Notes: generated from the sequence alone by a model not told the origin. Shown: positions 49,693 through 59,329, counted from the first letter of the whole stretch. The stretch is 63,964 nt of DNA, filler included, from an uncultured bacterium (GCA_964543115.1; 10 parts of 10 records of this genome joined end to end with filler, not necessarily neighbours in it), one strand, 5' to 3'. Numbers and translations are program-made.

Positions 49693-50335
49693 AAGAAAGT
49701 CTTTTTTTTGTGCCTAACACTTTTACTGGCGTACCAATAACATATTTATTGGAATCTACATCATCAAGGACAAGGCTCGCGGCGCCTATCGTGACATTTT
49801 CACCTATCTTTGCCTTTGCTATGTTCGCGCTCATACCTATAAAAGAATTATCTCCTATCTCCACATATCCCGCTGTCCTTACCCCTGGGCAGATAAATAC
49901 ATTCTTTCCTATTGTATTATCATGCTCCACTATAGCTCCTGCCCATATCACGGAATTATCTCCTATCTTTGTTCCGGGATTTATTATGACTCCAGGACCA
50001 ATATAAACTCCTTTTCCTATTTCCGCGTCAGGAGAAACAATAGCCGTGGGGTGAATAGCGCTTACCAGGCTAAGCGCTTTCTCTTTTAAAATCCGCTTAC
50101 AGTAAGAAAGTCTCTGATCTAGAAAATTATATCCAAAACCCAGAAAAACGCCTTTGATCTTCGATCCTACGCAGATATTTTTAAAATCATCGCATCTTCC
50201 AAGAACAGGATATCCGCAGAATGTCTTCTTTTTCGCGTCATCAAAAAAACCTGCTATTTTGTTCTGGCCTTTCAAGCTCAACGCCTCACATGCGACCTTG
50301 CCCAGTCCACCTGCGGCAAATATAGCGATCTTCAT
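49685..50335 (-). CDS. PglD/NeuD-like sugar acetyltransferase
   Basis: AGGLGK, GFFDD, AIHPTAIVS, hexapeptide repeats, IVEHD. Confidence 0.9.
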   Translation of the reverse strand: MKIAIFAAGGLGKVACEALSLKGQNKIAGFFDDAKKKTFCGYPVLGRCDDFKNICVGSKIKGVFLGFGYNFLDQRLSYCKRILKEKALSLVSAIHPTAIVSPDAEIGKGVYIGPGVIINPGTKIGDNSVIWAGAIVEHDNTIGKNVFICPGVRTAGYVEIGDNSFIGMSANIAKAKIGENVTIGAASLVLDDVDSNKYVIGTPVKVLGTKKRLSYV

Positions 50336-50338
50336 TGG

Positions 50339-51307
50339 TTAAAGTCCTTTCTTTCTTCTGTAATAATCTATGGTCTTCTTTAAACCCTCTTCAAGGCCTA
50401 TAGACGCCTTCCACTTAATGGTCATGGAAAGCTTTTTTGTGTCAGGAACCCTCCTGGGGATGTCTTCGTAACCTTTGCCGAATACCTTTTTATGTTCCAC
50501 GAATTTTATCTTTGATTTAAATCCACCTGCCTTTTTCATGATCTTGGCCAGTTCGTGCATGGTACATTCTTTTGATGTCCCTATATTAAAGACCTGGTTT
50601 TCGGCCTTTTTAGAGAACGCGAGTTTCATGACAGCATCTATGGCATCGTCCACGTAGATAAATGTCCTGGTCTGTTTCCCAGTGCCATGGACAGTAATAT
50701 CCTCTCCGTGCAAAAATTGCTTAAGAAAAATCGGGATTACCCTTCCGTGTCCCAGATCATCCAGCTTTGGGCCATAGACATTAAAAAATCTATAGATAAC
50801 AAACGGTATCTTTTCCTGTTTCTGAAGCGCGAATAGAAAATGTTCGCACGCGGCCTTGGAAGTAGAATAGCACCACCTGTGTATATTGGTAGCGCCCAGC
50901 ACTCTCTCGTCTCCTTCCTGCCAGGGTACGTTTTTATTCCTGCCGAATACCTCTGAAGTGGAAGAGAATATTATCTTTGTCCTGTTTTCTGACGCTATCT
51001 TAAAGATATTGATAGCTGCCAGGAGGTCCACTTCCATCACATTCAGGGGATTCGTGACATACTTTAAGGGATCGGCAATAGCCGCAAGATGAAACACCAT
51101 GTCCCTGTTCTTTAGCTGATGCTTCATAAGAGACACATCGCACACTGAATCCTGTATAAACTCAAACTTCTTATCAGACATGAGGTGCTCTATCTTTTCG
51201 CCAACTGACATATCTATGGCAGTAACCTTATGGCCTGATTTAAGAAGTTGTTCGCATATATATGACCCCAGAAAACCCGCTCCTCCAGTGACTAAAATAT
51301 TTTTCAT
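50339..51307 (-). CDS. NAD-dependent nucleotide-sugar epimerase/decarboxylase
   Basis: TGGAGFLGS, HLAA, SSTSEVFG, YSTSK, RFFNVYGP, RTFIYVDD. Confidence 0.92.
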   Translation of the reverse strand: MKNILVTGGAGFLGSYICEQLLKSGHKVTAIDMSVGEKIEHLMSDKKFEFIQDSVCDVSLMKHQLKNRDMVFHLAAIADPLKYVTNPLNVMEVDLLAAINIFKIASENRTKIIFSSTSEVFGRNKNVPWQEGDERVLGATNIHRWCYSTSKAACEHFLFALQKQEKIPFVIYRFFNVYGPKLDDLGHGRVIPIFLKQFLHGEDITVHGTGKQTRTFIYVDDAIDAVMKLAFSKKAENQVFNIGTSKECTMHELAKIMKKAGGFKSKIKFVEHKKVFGKGYEDIPRRVPDTKKLSMTIKWKASIGLEEGLKKTIDYYRRKKGL

Positions 51308-51348
51308 GTCTCTTTCTCCCTTATCTATTTGGTACTGTCAAAAAGATA

Positions 51349-51395
51349 CCACAGAGGACACAGAGATTTTTTATAATAAAACTCTCTGTGTTCTC
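51349..51395. repeat. CACAGAG dyad with inverted partner (relative of the CACAGAT family)
   Basis: CCACAGAGGACACAGAG ... CTCTCTGTGTTCTC upstream of the epimerase. Confidence 0.55.
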
Positions 51396-51514
51396 ATAAA
51401 ATTAACCGTTTTATNNNNNNNNNNNNNNNNNNNNNNNNNNNNNNNNNNNNNNNNNNNNTTAATTAATTAANNNNNNNNNNNNNNNNNNNNNNNNNNNNNN
51501 NNNNNNNNNNNNNN

Positions 51515-51569
51515 CTGGATACCGCGGTCAAGCCGCGGTATGACAAAGAACCTATTTTGCAGAAGTCTT
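51515..51569 (+). repeat. REP-like palindromic element, copy 3
   Basis: CTGGATACCGCGG-TCAAG-CCGCGGTATGAC plus TATTTTGCAGAA tail at the contig start. Confidence 0.9.
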
Positions 51570-51597
51570 GTGTTTACATATGTAAGGGGGGGTAAAC

Positions 51598-54500
51598 ATG
51601 GAATACATTATACCTGTTAAGGGTAAATGTGTTTCGGTAGCGGAATTTGAAAAATTCCGATACCGCCCCGATGAGCGAAGCGACATCGGGGTGGGATGTT
51701 GCCCGCCGAAAGGCGGACATCTTGTTGTCGTATTTATACTTGTCGTATTTTCTCTTCTAATATTCTTTCCTGCTAACGTTCAAGCAAAGACTTTTGCTGC
51801 TGATGCTGTAGCTACTTTTGATGGCCTTTCCAGCGCCCAGCGCCAGACAATCCAGAATAATATTAACAGCCATTATACACTGTTTGGGCACCAGTCTGTG
51901 GGTGATGGTATCTTGGGGAATTATCTTTCCGGCTGCGGTTTGCCGGCCCTGCAGACTAAATATAACGTTATTATTAATCAGAATAGCGGTAACGCCGGCC
52001 TACATGATTTCTATGTTGGTTCAAACGGCAATCCCAATAGTAAGATCAATGGTTTTGTCTCCCGGGTAAAATCTACCAATAACGGTACTACAACTGTGCA
52101 TTGTGCTTTTTTTAAGCTTTGTTATGTAGATATTGATAGCAATACAGGGGATACTTATAGCAGTACCAATGGTGCTGCTCCTTCCAGCACTGCGGAGGTG
52201 CAGGCCTTGTTTAATTATTATCAAAGCGAAATTGCCAAGTTAAAGGCGGCTGGTTCTCCGCATAAAAATATTGTTTATGTGCATTGTACCATCCCCTTGC
52301 GGGTCAGCGGTTATGCCCTGACCAATCAATGGCGGATCCAATTTAATAACTTATTAAAACAGTCCTATAACGGGGCTAATGATTATATTTTTGATATCGC
52401 GGATATTGAGGCAACGGATACTGATGGCGTAACCAAATCAAATTATTTATTGAATAAATACCGCTATGATGACAGTCATCCCAACGCGGCGGGTGATGAG
52501 CGCCTGGCCAAGGCACTGGTTGTTTTATTGGGGGATGTTTACGGCAATATCCCGGCTCCGACAAAACCAACAGCCAATTTTAGTGCCGCTAAAACAAGTG
52601 TTAATACTAATGAGACGGTAACCTTTACCAATTCCTCCAGCGGATCATATACCAGTTGTTCCTGGAATTTTGGCGATAATAGTACTTCCACTGTTACGAC
52701 AACTACGGTTACCCATAAGTACACGCAGGCGGGAACTTATAGTGTAGCGCTTACCGTTACTAATAGTGCCGGTTCTAATACAATGACCAGGACTAATTAC
52801 ATTACGGTACAGAAAAATACTATTCCGCCGGGGCAGTCAGTAACCAAGAGCTGGGGTGAGAATGCCGCAAATGACTATAAAAATGTTACTAAGGATTCGT
52901 TGGTGATTTCGTATGTGGATGCCAGTGAGGCTAATCGTCTCTGGGTCAGGCAGAGTCCGCTGCAGCAGGGGGTGATTTACTTTGATTTGTCCGCTATTGC
53001 CGGAGCCACGGTAACCAAGGCGGAGTTAACCCTGAAAACATACTACAATTGGTCCACTACTAATACTGTTGATTTATATGCAATAGAAGATCTGGCTAAG
53101 AAGGGGATGTGGAATGAAACAGCAGTAACCACCGCTTACCGGAACGACAGCCAGAAAATAACCTGGTCCAATACAGTGCCCAGTAATGTGCTGAATGCCA
53201 TTTCCTCGCAAAAGGCGGGAACCGTTACTTTACAAGGTGACAATGCCAAGCTCATTGTTGATATAACTAATGTAGTGTCACAGTGGGTGAGCGGCATTAG
53301 GGTTAATCAGGGATTATTATTGCAGCCGCCAGCCGGCGTTAATGTGCAATTCTACAGCAGAGAAACTGCGGGTATGGCTAATAACGGTGATTTTCAACCG
53401 GAAGCACCTTCGTTAAAAATTACTTACAGTTCTGGTGCCACTCCTGGTAATAATGCTCCCACCGCCAATGCCGGTGTTGATCAATCGCTAAATGAAGGAG
53501 TAACGGTAAGTTTAGATGGAAGTAAGAGCAGTGACCCGGATACCGGTGATACATTAACATATAGCTGGAAACAAACAGCCGGCGCGACAGTGAGTTTAAG
53601 CAGTGGAAGCGCGGCTAAACCGACTTTCACAGCGCCTACTGTTAGCAGCCAGACCACTTTAACTTTTGAATTAACGGTAACGGATAATCATCAGGCCGCC
53701 AGCAAGGATACGGTGAATATAATTGTTAATGATAATCCGGCGAGCGGGGTGACCATTGATTCGCTGAAGACCTATGGCGCCTTTGAAACGGGTAGTGTGG
53801 AGATTTTATTAAATAACTATGATACCAATAAAATGAATGAAACTGCCCGGGGCTGGATAAAAAAACAAGGAGATCCAGTATCCAGTTATAAGGAATTCCA
53901 TCCGTTTGTCCGTTATGATGGCAATCATATGATCGCCAGTTTGTTCGGCCTGGCACTTAATACTACTTATGATGTTAAGGTAGAGTTGTCAGATCCGGAC
54001 AGCGGCAAGGATACAAAATCTACGACAGTAACGACGCGTCCGGAATACACAATCCCCAGCGCTCTAAGGAATGTTAATGTCAGTAGTGACAGTGCTCTGG
54101 ATACAGCGATTAAGGCAGCTCAGCCCGGTGATCATATTCTTGTGGCTGCCGGCAACTATTATGATACGGTGAGTATCTACCAGATAAACGGTACCGCGCA
54201 GAATCCGATTGTGATTAGGGCGGCCAATCCTTTTCAAAAACCACATTTCTATCGCGGTGTTCAGGTATATCAATCCTCGCACTTAGTGTTTGATAATCTG
54301 GAAGTGGAGGTGGTTTCACCAATTAATCCTAATGTAACCAATGTAACGGGCCTGGCCTATGGCGGAGTGGATTTCAGGGGGTGTCACCATGTGACGATTA
54401 CTAACTGCTATATTCATGATTGTGACGGGGAAGGCTACGGGGATACCCTGGGACATGCCTATCATTGTAATATCATGATCCAACATAATGACGAGAATGT

Positions 54501-56661
54501 GGGTACTGACAAAAACGGCTATTTCCTTATCATGAACAATATAATTTCCGATGAGGTGCATCCTAGCTGGGTCTGGGACGATAACGATTCTTGTCAGGAA
54601 ATTCCGGGTCATACCTATGTGGGAATAAAGTTTGATTTCCGCCCCGGGGGTTATAATATTATTCGTGGTAATTATATTTATGGATCTGTGGACGGGATCT
54701 GTTCCGGAGGTGATGAGGGCCATGATCCGCCCAGCCGCAGTGCGGTTAATGTTTTAAACAGTTATCCTAACCAGAACCTGGATATTTATGACAATGTTAT
54801 TTACCACTGTAAGGATGACTGCCTGGAGCTGGACGGGCACACTGTAAACGGCAGGGTGTTTCGGAACCGCCTTGGGGAAAGCATGAATGCTGTTTCCATC
54901 GCACCGGTATATCCGGGCCCGATGTTTCTGTTGAGAAACACGATCGGCGGTTTCAAGGAAAATGGGCTGAAAATGAATACCGCGGTTGGCGGGACGGTAA
55001 GAGATGTTTTTCTTTATCACAACACCTGGGTGCAGCCGGAGTTTAAGCCCCGAAGTAACAAATGGTGTTTCTACCGGGGCATGCCGGGACAGACAGAAGA
55101 TATTAAGTTCCGTAATAATATTTTTGTGGCCCGGCAACGAATTATCGATTCTGATATCAGTGGGTTTCACCGGCGCCATGATATGGATTACGACTGTCTG
55201 TATTCTTACCGCTCATACCTGGGGCAGGCCTATAGCGGAGATCTTTATGTCTGGGGAGAGAACACCGGTGACCATTATTATTATACTGATCTGGCGGCTT
55301 TTCGCGCCGGGGCAAAACTGGAAGCGCATGGAATTGATAGTAAACCGCTGCTGAATACGGCCAAAAAATCGGCAATAAAATCACCGAAAAATTATACCGG
55401 TGATGAATTGTATGCTAACAATTACTTTGTTTATGATTATGGTCAGCAATTGAGTTCCCCGACAATAGATAAGGGTGTTCTTATCCCCGGGATTAATGAT
55501 AATTACAAGGGGAGTGCACCGGATATTGGTGCGGATGAGTATTATGTCAGCAGCCAGCCCAAGCCAGATCCAAAACCTGATCCGCAGCCTGATCCTAAAC
55601 CTGAGCCAAAACCTGATCCGCAACCACAACCAAAACCAGATCCAAAGCCACAACCAAAACCAAAACCGGACCCGCAGCCCCAGCCGCAACCGGATCCCAG
55701 TCCTGATCCGCAGCCGAATCCGCAACCTGATCCGGAACCCGAAATAGAGCCGGCCAGTGTCTGGTATCTGGCTGAAGGAACAACCAAGAGCCCTTTTAAT
55801 GAATGGATCCTTATTCAGAATCCCGGGGTGTATGATGCGGCTGTTAAGGTTGTCTATATGCTGGATACAGGGGATAATGTTACTAAGGAGTACAAGGTTG
55901 GTGCCGGCAAAAGGTTTTCCATTCATGTCAATGATATCGCGGAATTAAAGGATAAGGATGTATCGGCTAAGGTAACCGCGGATACTGGAATAGTTGTTGA
56001 ACGGTCGATGTATTGTGCTGTGGGTGGTAACGCGAGTATTGGTGTTACCCAGCCGGCAAAGATTTGGTACCTGGCCGAAGGAACGGTGAAGCCGCCGTTC
56101 AATGAATGGATCCTTATCCAGAATCCGGGGGCAACCGCAGCCACTGTTTGGGTAACCTATATGCCGGATCAGGGAGAAAATATAACCAAAGAGTATCAAG
56201 TGAAGGCCAGCAGCCGTTATACTATTCATGTTAATGATATAAGTGAATTAAAGGGTAGGGATGTTTCGGCCAAGATAGAATCAAATAATGAAATAATTGT
56301 GGAACGGGCGATGTATTGGGATCAGGGCACGCATGCCAGTATTGCGGTCAGTAAGCTGGCCTACAGCTGGTATCTGGCTGAGGGCACGACCCGCGATCCC
56401 TTTCATGAATGGATCCTTATCCAGAATCCCGGCACTATCGATGTTGTTGTGCGGGTGAGTTTTATGCCGGATAACGGGGATATAGTGAGGAAAGATTATA
56501 CTGTTAGGGCCAGGAGCAGGTACACTATTCATGTGAATGATATTGAGGAATTAAAGGATAAGGATGTTTCCGCCAAAATCGAGGCGAATGGCGAAATTAT
56601 TGTTGAACGGGCAATGTACTGGAGCGAGGGCGCGCATAATACAATTGGTGTAAGTGAATAA
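51598..56661 (+). CDS. Secreted multidomain protein: SGNH-like, PKD, DNRLRE-like, second PKD-like, right-handed beta-helix (lyase-like), Pro-rich linker, 3x DUF5719-like
   Basis: GHQSVG..SHPN; PTANF..YTQAGTYSVALTV; FDLS..KAELTL..NQGLLL; APTANAGVDQ; AQPGDHILVAAGNY; PKPDPQP repeats; WYLAEGT..WILIQNP x3. Confidence 0.9.
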   Translation: MEYIIPVKGKCVSVAEFEKFRYRPDERSDIGVGCCPPKGGHLVVVFILVVFSLLIFFPANVQAKTFAADAVATFDGLSSAQRQTIQNNINSHYTLFGHQSVGDGILGNYLSGCGLPALQTKYNVIINQNSGNAGLHDFYVGSNGNPNSKINGFVSRVKSTNNGTTTVHCAFFKLCYVDIDSNTGDTYSSTNGAAPSSTAEVQALFNYYQSEIAKLKAAGSPHKNIVYVHCTIPLRVSGYALTNQWRIQFNNLLKQSYNGANDYIFDIADIEATDTDGVTKSNYLLNKYRYDDSHPNAAGDERLAKALVVLLGDVYGNIPAPTKPTANFSAAKTSVNTNETVTFTNSSSGSYTSCSWNFGDNSTSTVTTTTVTHKYTQAGTYSVALTVTNSAGSNTMTRTNYITVQKNTIPPGQSVTKSWGENAANDYKNVTKDSLVISYVDASEANRLWVRQSPLQQGVIYFDLSAIAGATVTKAELTLKTYYNWSTTNTVDLYAIEDLAKKGMWNETAVTTAYRNDSQKITWSNTVPSNVLNAISSQKAGTVTLQGDNAKLIVDITNVVSQWVSGIRVNQGLLLQPPAGVNVQFYSRETAGMANNGDFQPEAPSLKITYSSGATPGNNAPTANAGVDQSLNEGVTVSLDGSKSSDPDTGDTLTYSWKQTAGATVSLSSGSAAKPTFTAPTVSSQTTLTFELTVTDNHQAASKDTVNIIVNDNPASGVTIDSLKTYGAFETGSVEILLNNYDTNKMNETARGWIKKQGDPVSSYKEFHPFVRYDGNHMIASLFGLALNTTYDVKVELSDPDSGKDTKSTTVTTRPEYTIPSALRNVNVSSDSALDTAIKAAQPGDHILVAAGNYYDTVSIYQINGTAQNPIVIRAANPFQKPHFYRGVQVYQSSHLVFDNLEVEVVSPINPNVTNVTGLAYGGVDFRGCHHVTITNCYIHDCDGEGYGDTLGHAYHCNIMIQHNDENVGTDKNGYFLIMNNIISDEVHPSWVWDDNDSCQEIPGHTYVGIKFDFRPGGYNIIRGNYIYGSVDGICSGGDEGHDPPSRSAVNVLNSYPNQNLDIYDNVIYHCKDDCLELDGHTVNGRVFRNRLGESMNAVSIAPVYPGPMFLLRNTIGGFKENGLKMNTAVGGTVRDVFLYHNTWVQPEFKPRSNKWCFYRGMPGQTEDIKFRNNIFVARQRIIDSDISGFHRRHDMDYDCLYSYRSYLGQAYSGDLYVWGENTGDHYYYTDLAAFRAGAKLEAHGIDSKPLLNTAKKSAIKSPKNYTGDELYANNYFVYDYGQQLSSPTIDKGVLIPGINDNYKGSAPDIGADEYYVSSQPKPDPKPDPQPDPKPEPKPDPQPQPKPDPKPQPKPKPDPQPQPQPDPSPDPQPNPQPDPEPEIEPASVWYLAEGTTKSPFNEWILIQNPGVYDAAVKVVYMLDTGDNVTKEYKVGAGKRFSIHVNDIAELKDKDVSAKVTADTGIVVERSMYCAVGGNASIGVTQPAKIWYLAEGTVKPPFNEWILIQNPGATAATVWVTYMPDQGENITKEYQVKASSRYTIHVNDISELKGRDVSAKIESNNEIIVERAMYWDQGTHASIAVSKLAYSWYLAEGTTRDPFHEWILIQNPGTIDVVVRVSFMPDNGDIVRKDYTVRARSRYTIHVNDIEELKDKDVSAKIEANGEIIVERAMYWSEGAHNTIGVSE

Positions 56662-56693
56662 ATTGCGGATTTGAAAAAAGTGACCTGGCCCTA

Positions 56694-56722
56694 TTGACAC
56701 GGGTAATTTCGCATGCTATGTT
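56694..56722 (+). promoter_or_regulatory. Sigma70 promoter with extended -10
   Basis: TTGACA-17-TATGTT with TGn. Confidence 0.6.
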
Positions 56723-56766
56723 GTAGTGGAAGTAGTAGGGGGAGGGACAGGAGCTGTTTTTAGTTA

Positions 56767-57636
56767 ATGAATAAGTCAGCTTCAATTGGCCCAATTAATA
56801 AAAGTTGTTTCTTTAGTACTCATGCGGTTTCGTGCCGCAACTACCAGCCGCAGAGACCTTACCTTTGTCGCTACAGTCATTATTTTCTCTTTAATAGTAA
56901 ATTATTTGTTTATTTCTTTGCGCTGGTCCTTATTTGCGCTACGGTTGTTTTTCCTTCATTTTCTGCCCGCTGTTATGGTGAAGTGGTATTCGCGGCCCGG
57001 GGTAATCTGGCTAGGGATGAGATAAAAGACAATTCCGCGCTGATCAGTATTCCGGCTGTTCTTAATGGAAAACCGTCGTTTAAAAGTAATTCTCTCTTCA
57101 ACTTTTCTAATCAGGAAAATATCTATAACATTTCTGCACATGATGGGTTGTTACTGGGGGGCTTGCCAATAACCCTTAAGTCAATAACAGAATGTTCTTA
57201 TAACCGTACTCGTGGTGAGCCTGTAAACCCCTGGGTCAATAACCCTTCGCTGCGCGAAGGGCTGCTTTTTATAGGAATGGGTATAGACTGCCCCAAAGCT
57301 TCGCTTTGGGGCTGCTTTAGAGGAATGGGTATAAACCGCCCATTTCATTATTGTAATTTCCTACCTGTTTTCTGCCAAGATAAACTCTTTTTCTCTCAAT
57401 TATTCATGGTGTTTTCTTTCACTATCTTTTTGTCTATTTACTCTCCCGGGGAGAGTCAAAATAATATTGCAACGGGCCAGTATGTTTTGGAAGGGTTAAC
57501 CTTCTTAAGGGGAGATGCGGCTGGCCCGTTTGCAAAAAGGAGATATTTCTGGTTTAAAAGATGTGGGCAGACGGGCACAGCTGCGGTGCGTCCGAGTAAC
57601 ACTCGGATTCAAATTTGTACACTGGCGCCGCAGTAG
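56767..57636 (+). CDS. Atypical 289-aa ORF, doubtful or degenerate
   Basis: Long stop-free frame downstream of a promoter with no competing long ORF; Cys/Phe-rich, weak RBS, no family recognised. Confidence 0.35.
   Translation: MNKSASIGPINKSCFFSTHAVSCRNYQPQRPYLCRYSHYFLFNSKLFVYFFALVLICATVVFPSFSARCYGEVVFAARGNLARDEIKDNSALISIPAVLNGKPSFKSNSLFNFSNQENIYNISAHDGLLLGGLPITLKSITECSYNRTRGEPVNPWVNNPSLREGLLFIGMGIDCPKASLWGCFRGMGINRPFHYCNFLPVFCQDKLFFSQLFMVFSFTIFLSIYSPGESQNNIATGQYVLEGLTFLRGDAAGPFAKRRYFWFKRCGQTGTAAVRPSNTRIQICTLAPQ
57243..57633 (+). other. Hairpin-dense region, candidate structured RNA or repeat cluster
   Basis: Stems at 57243-57261, 57291-57311, 57440-57456, 57468-57534, 57581-57633. Confidence 0.5.
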
Positions 57637-57799
57637 GCAAAGCTGGGCCCCCCGCCCTTTGGGGTTGAGTGAGCGGAGGTGGTGGGGTAATTAGATATGN
57701 NNNNNNNNNNNNNNNNNNNNNNNNNNNNNNNNNNNNNNNNNNNTTAATTAATTAANNNNNNNNNNNNNNNNNNNNNNNNNNNNNNNNNNNNNNNNNNNN

Positions 57800-59329
57800 C
57801 TCATATATGAGAAGAAAAATTATAAGGTAAGTATTATCTGCAAAATAACAAATTTAAGTGTAATTGTATTCGCTTTATTGGCGATAATTTCAGTAGTGGT
57901 ATTTTGTGTTTTTGGCAGAAGTTCTGTATCAATAAGGGGGGTCGCTGATTATCATTTCAATTCCGTATTTAATCCAGTTGGCCAGGTTTATTTCGGGAAG
58001 TGTTTGCTCACGAATTCAGTCAGTTTGTATGGGCTTTATCCTCATTTTATCGAACCGTTATTTAGGTTATGGGGATTGAGTATATTCAGTTTTACTCTAT
58101 TAATGGGCATCTTAATGGGGATAGCTCTATCTGCGTTATTCTTATTCTTAAGAGATATAACAGAGAATAAGCTTATTGGTTATTTGGGATTTATTGCGAT
58201 GGTGTATTTCCATTATTATTGTACTAGGGCATATGGGGGCGATCCTTACTTTCAATATAGTCCGGTTAGATTCTTATTTCCTGCCGTATCAATATATTTG
58301 ACTTATAGATATCTAAATTCTTCCAATAATAAATTATATTATTTCTGTTTTATCTTATTTGCTATTGGGCCTTTCTGGAACTTTGATCATGGGATAGTTG
58401 TCTTTTTGTCCTGGATGTTTGTTTTAATCTATAGAGAACTTCTTAAAAGGGAATTTAAGCGGATATGGAAGCATATCTTTTTGGGGTTAATTGCTTTTTC
58501 AGCAGTATTTATAGCATTTTTCTTGTATGTGCTTCTCAGATATCAGCAATTGCCTAATTGGAGCAGTTTATTATTCTATCCAAGATTGTATTATACTTAT
58601 GGTTTTTCTATGATGCCGATGCCGCCAGTACATTTATGGCATATGATTATATTGCTCTATTTAGTTGGTTTATTGTTGTCAATAATTTATTTGCGCCGGC
58701 GGATAGCAACACCAAAGATTGAGATGGTATTTTATTTATCAATTATTGGCGTCGGAATTTTTTATTACTATCAGGGCCGCAGTCACGATTTAACTCTGGT
58801 CGCTGTTAACTATCCAGCAATAATATTACTGACTATTTACGCAGACAGTATGCTGTCACGGATCAGGATGAGGAATAGATTTAGTGATATTTTGTTTGTT
58901 ACGGGTATTCTCTGTTTTATGTTGTATGCTGCCGCTAGTTTAATTGGCCGGGGAGAGGATATTTACAGAATTATTCATAGCCGCTGGGTCCCGCTGATAA
59001 AAAAAGAGTCAAATTCGATTACAGAGGTTGCCGACTTTGTCAAAAACAATACCTATAAGGGTGAAGAGGTGTTAATTTTCTCGAATTTGTCAGCAGTGCT
59101 GTATTTTGAAAGTGGAACGACCTGTCCATTGGCGCTCCCCAATGCAAATGATATTTATTTAGTTGCTCAATATGAAGAAATACGTAAGTATTTAGAAGAT
59201 GATTCGCCTAGTAAAGTAATTGCCTATATGGATGATCGCGTTTATAAGCATATTGCAAAATATTTGAAAGATCATAAATTGGTTAATCAGAGTAATACGG
59301 GAGGTTTGGTTGTTTATGTCAAAGAATAG
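57800..59329 (+). CDS. Polytopic membrane protein, GT-C-like (paralog A), 5'-truncated
   Basis: Open from contig start; HFN..YGLYPHF..DPYFQY.PVRFLFP..YYQGRSHD; many TMs. Confidence 0.8.
   Translation, partial: LIYEKKNYKVSIICKITNLSVIVFALLAIISVVVFCVFGRSSVSIRGVADYHFNSVFNPVGQVYFGKCLLTNSVSLYGLYPHFIEPLFRLWGLSIFSFTLLMGILMGIALSALFLFLRDITENKLIGYLGFIAMVYFHYYCTRAYGGDPYFQYSPVRFLFPAVSIYLTYRYLNSSNNKLYYFCFILFAIGPFWNFDHGIVVFLSWMFVLIYRELLKREFKRIWKHIFLGLIAFSAVFIAFFLYVLLRYQQLPNWSSLLFYPRLYYTYGFSMMPMPPVHLWHMIILLYLVGLLLSIIYLRRRIATPKIEMVFYLSIIGVGIFYYYQGRSHDLTLVAVNYPAIILLTIYADSMLSRIRMRNRFSDILFVTGILCFMLYAAASLIGRGEDIYRIIHSRWVPLIKKESNSITEVADFVKNNTYKGEEVLIFSNLSAVLYFESGTTCPLALPNANDIYLVAQYEEIRKYLEDDSPSKVIAYMDDRVYKHIAKYLKDHKLVNQSNTGGLVVYVKE

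Noticed and set aside
629..57141. Numerous 60-180-aa ORFs antisense or out of frame to well-supported genes (e.g. 55381-55926, 43835-44371, 27182-27649)
   Set aside because: Shadow ORFs of real genes or repeats; no RBS or family motifs.
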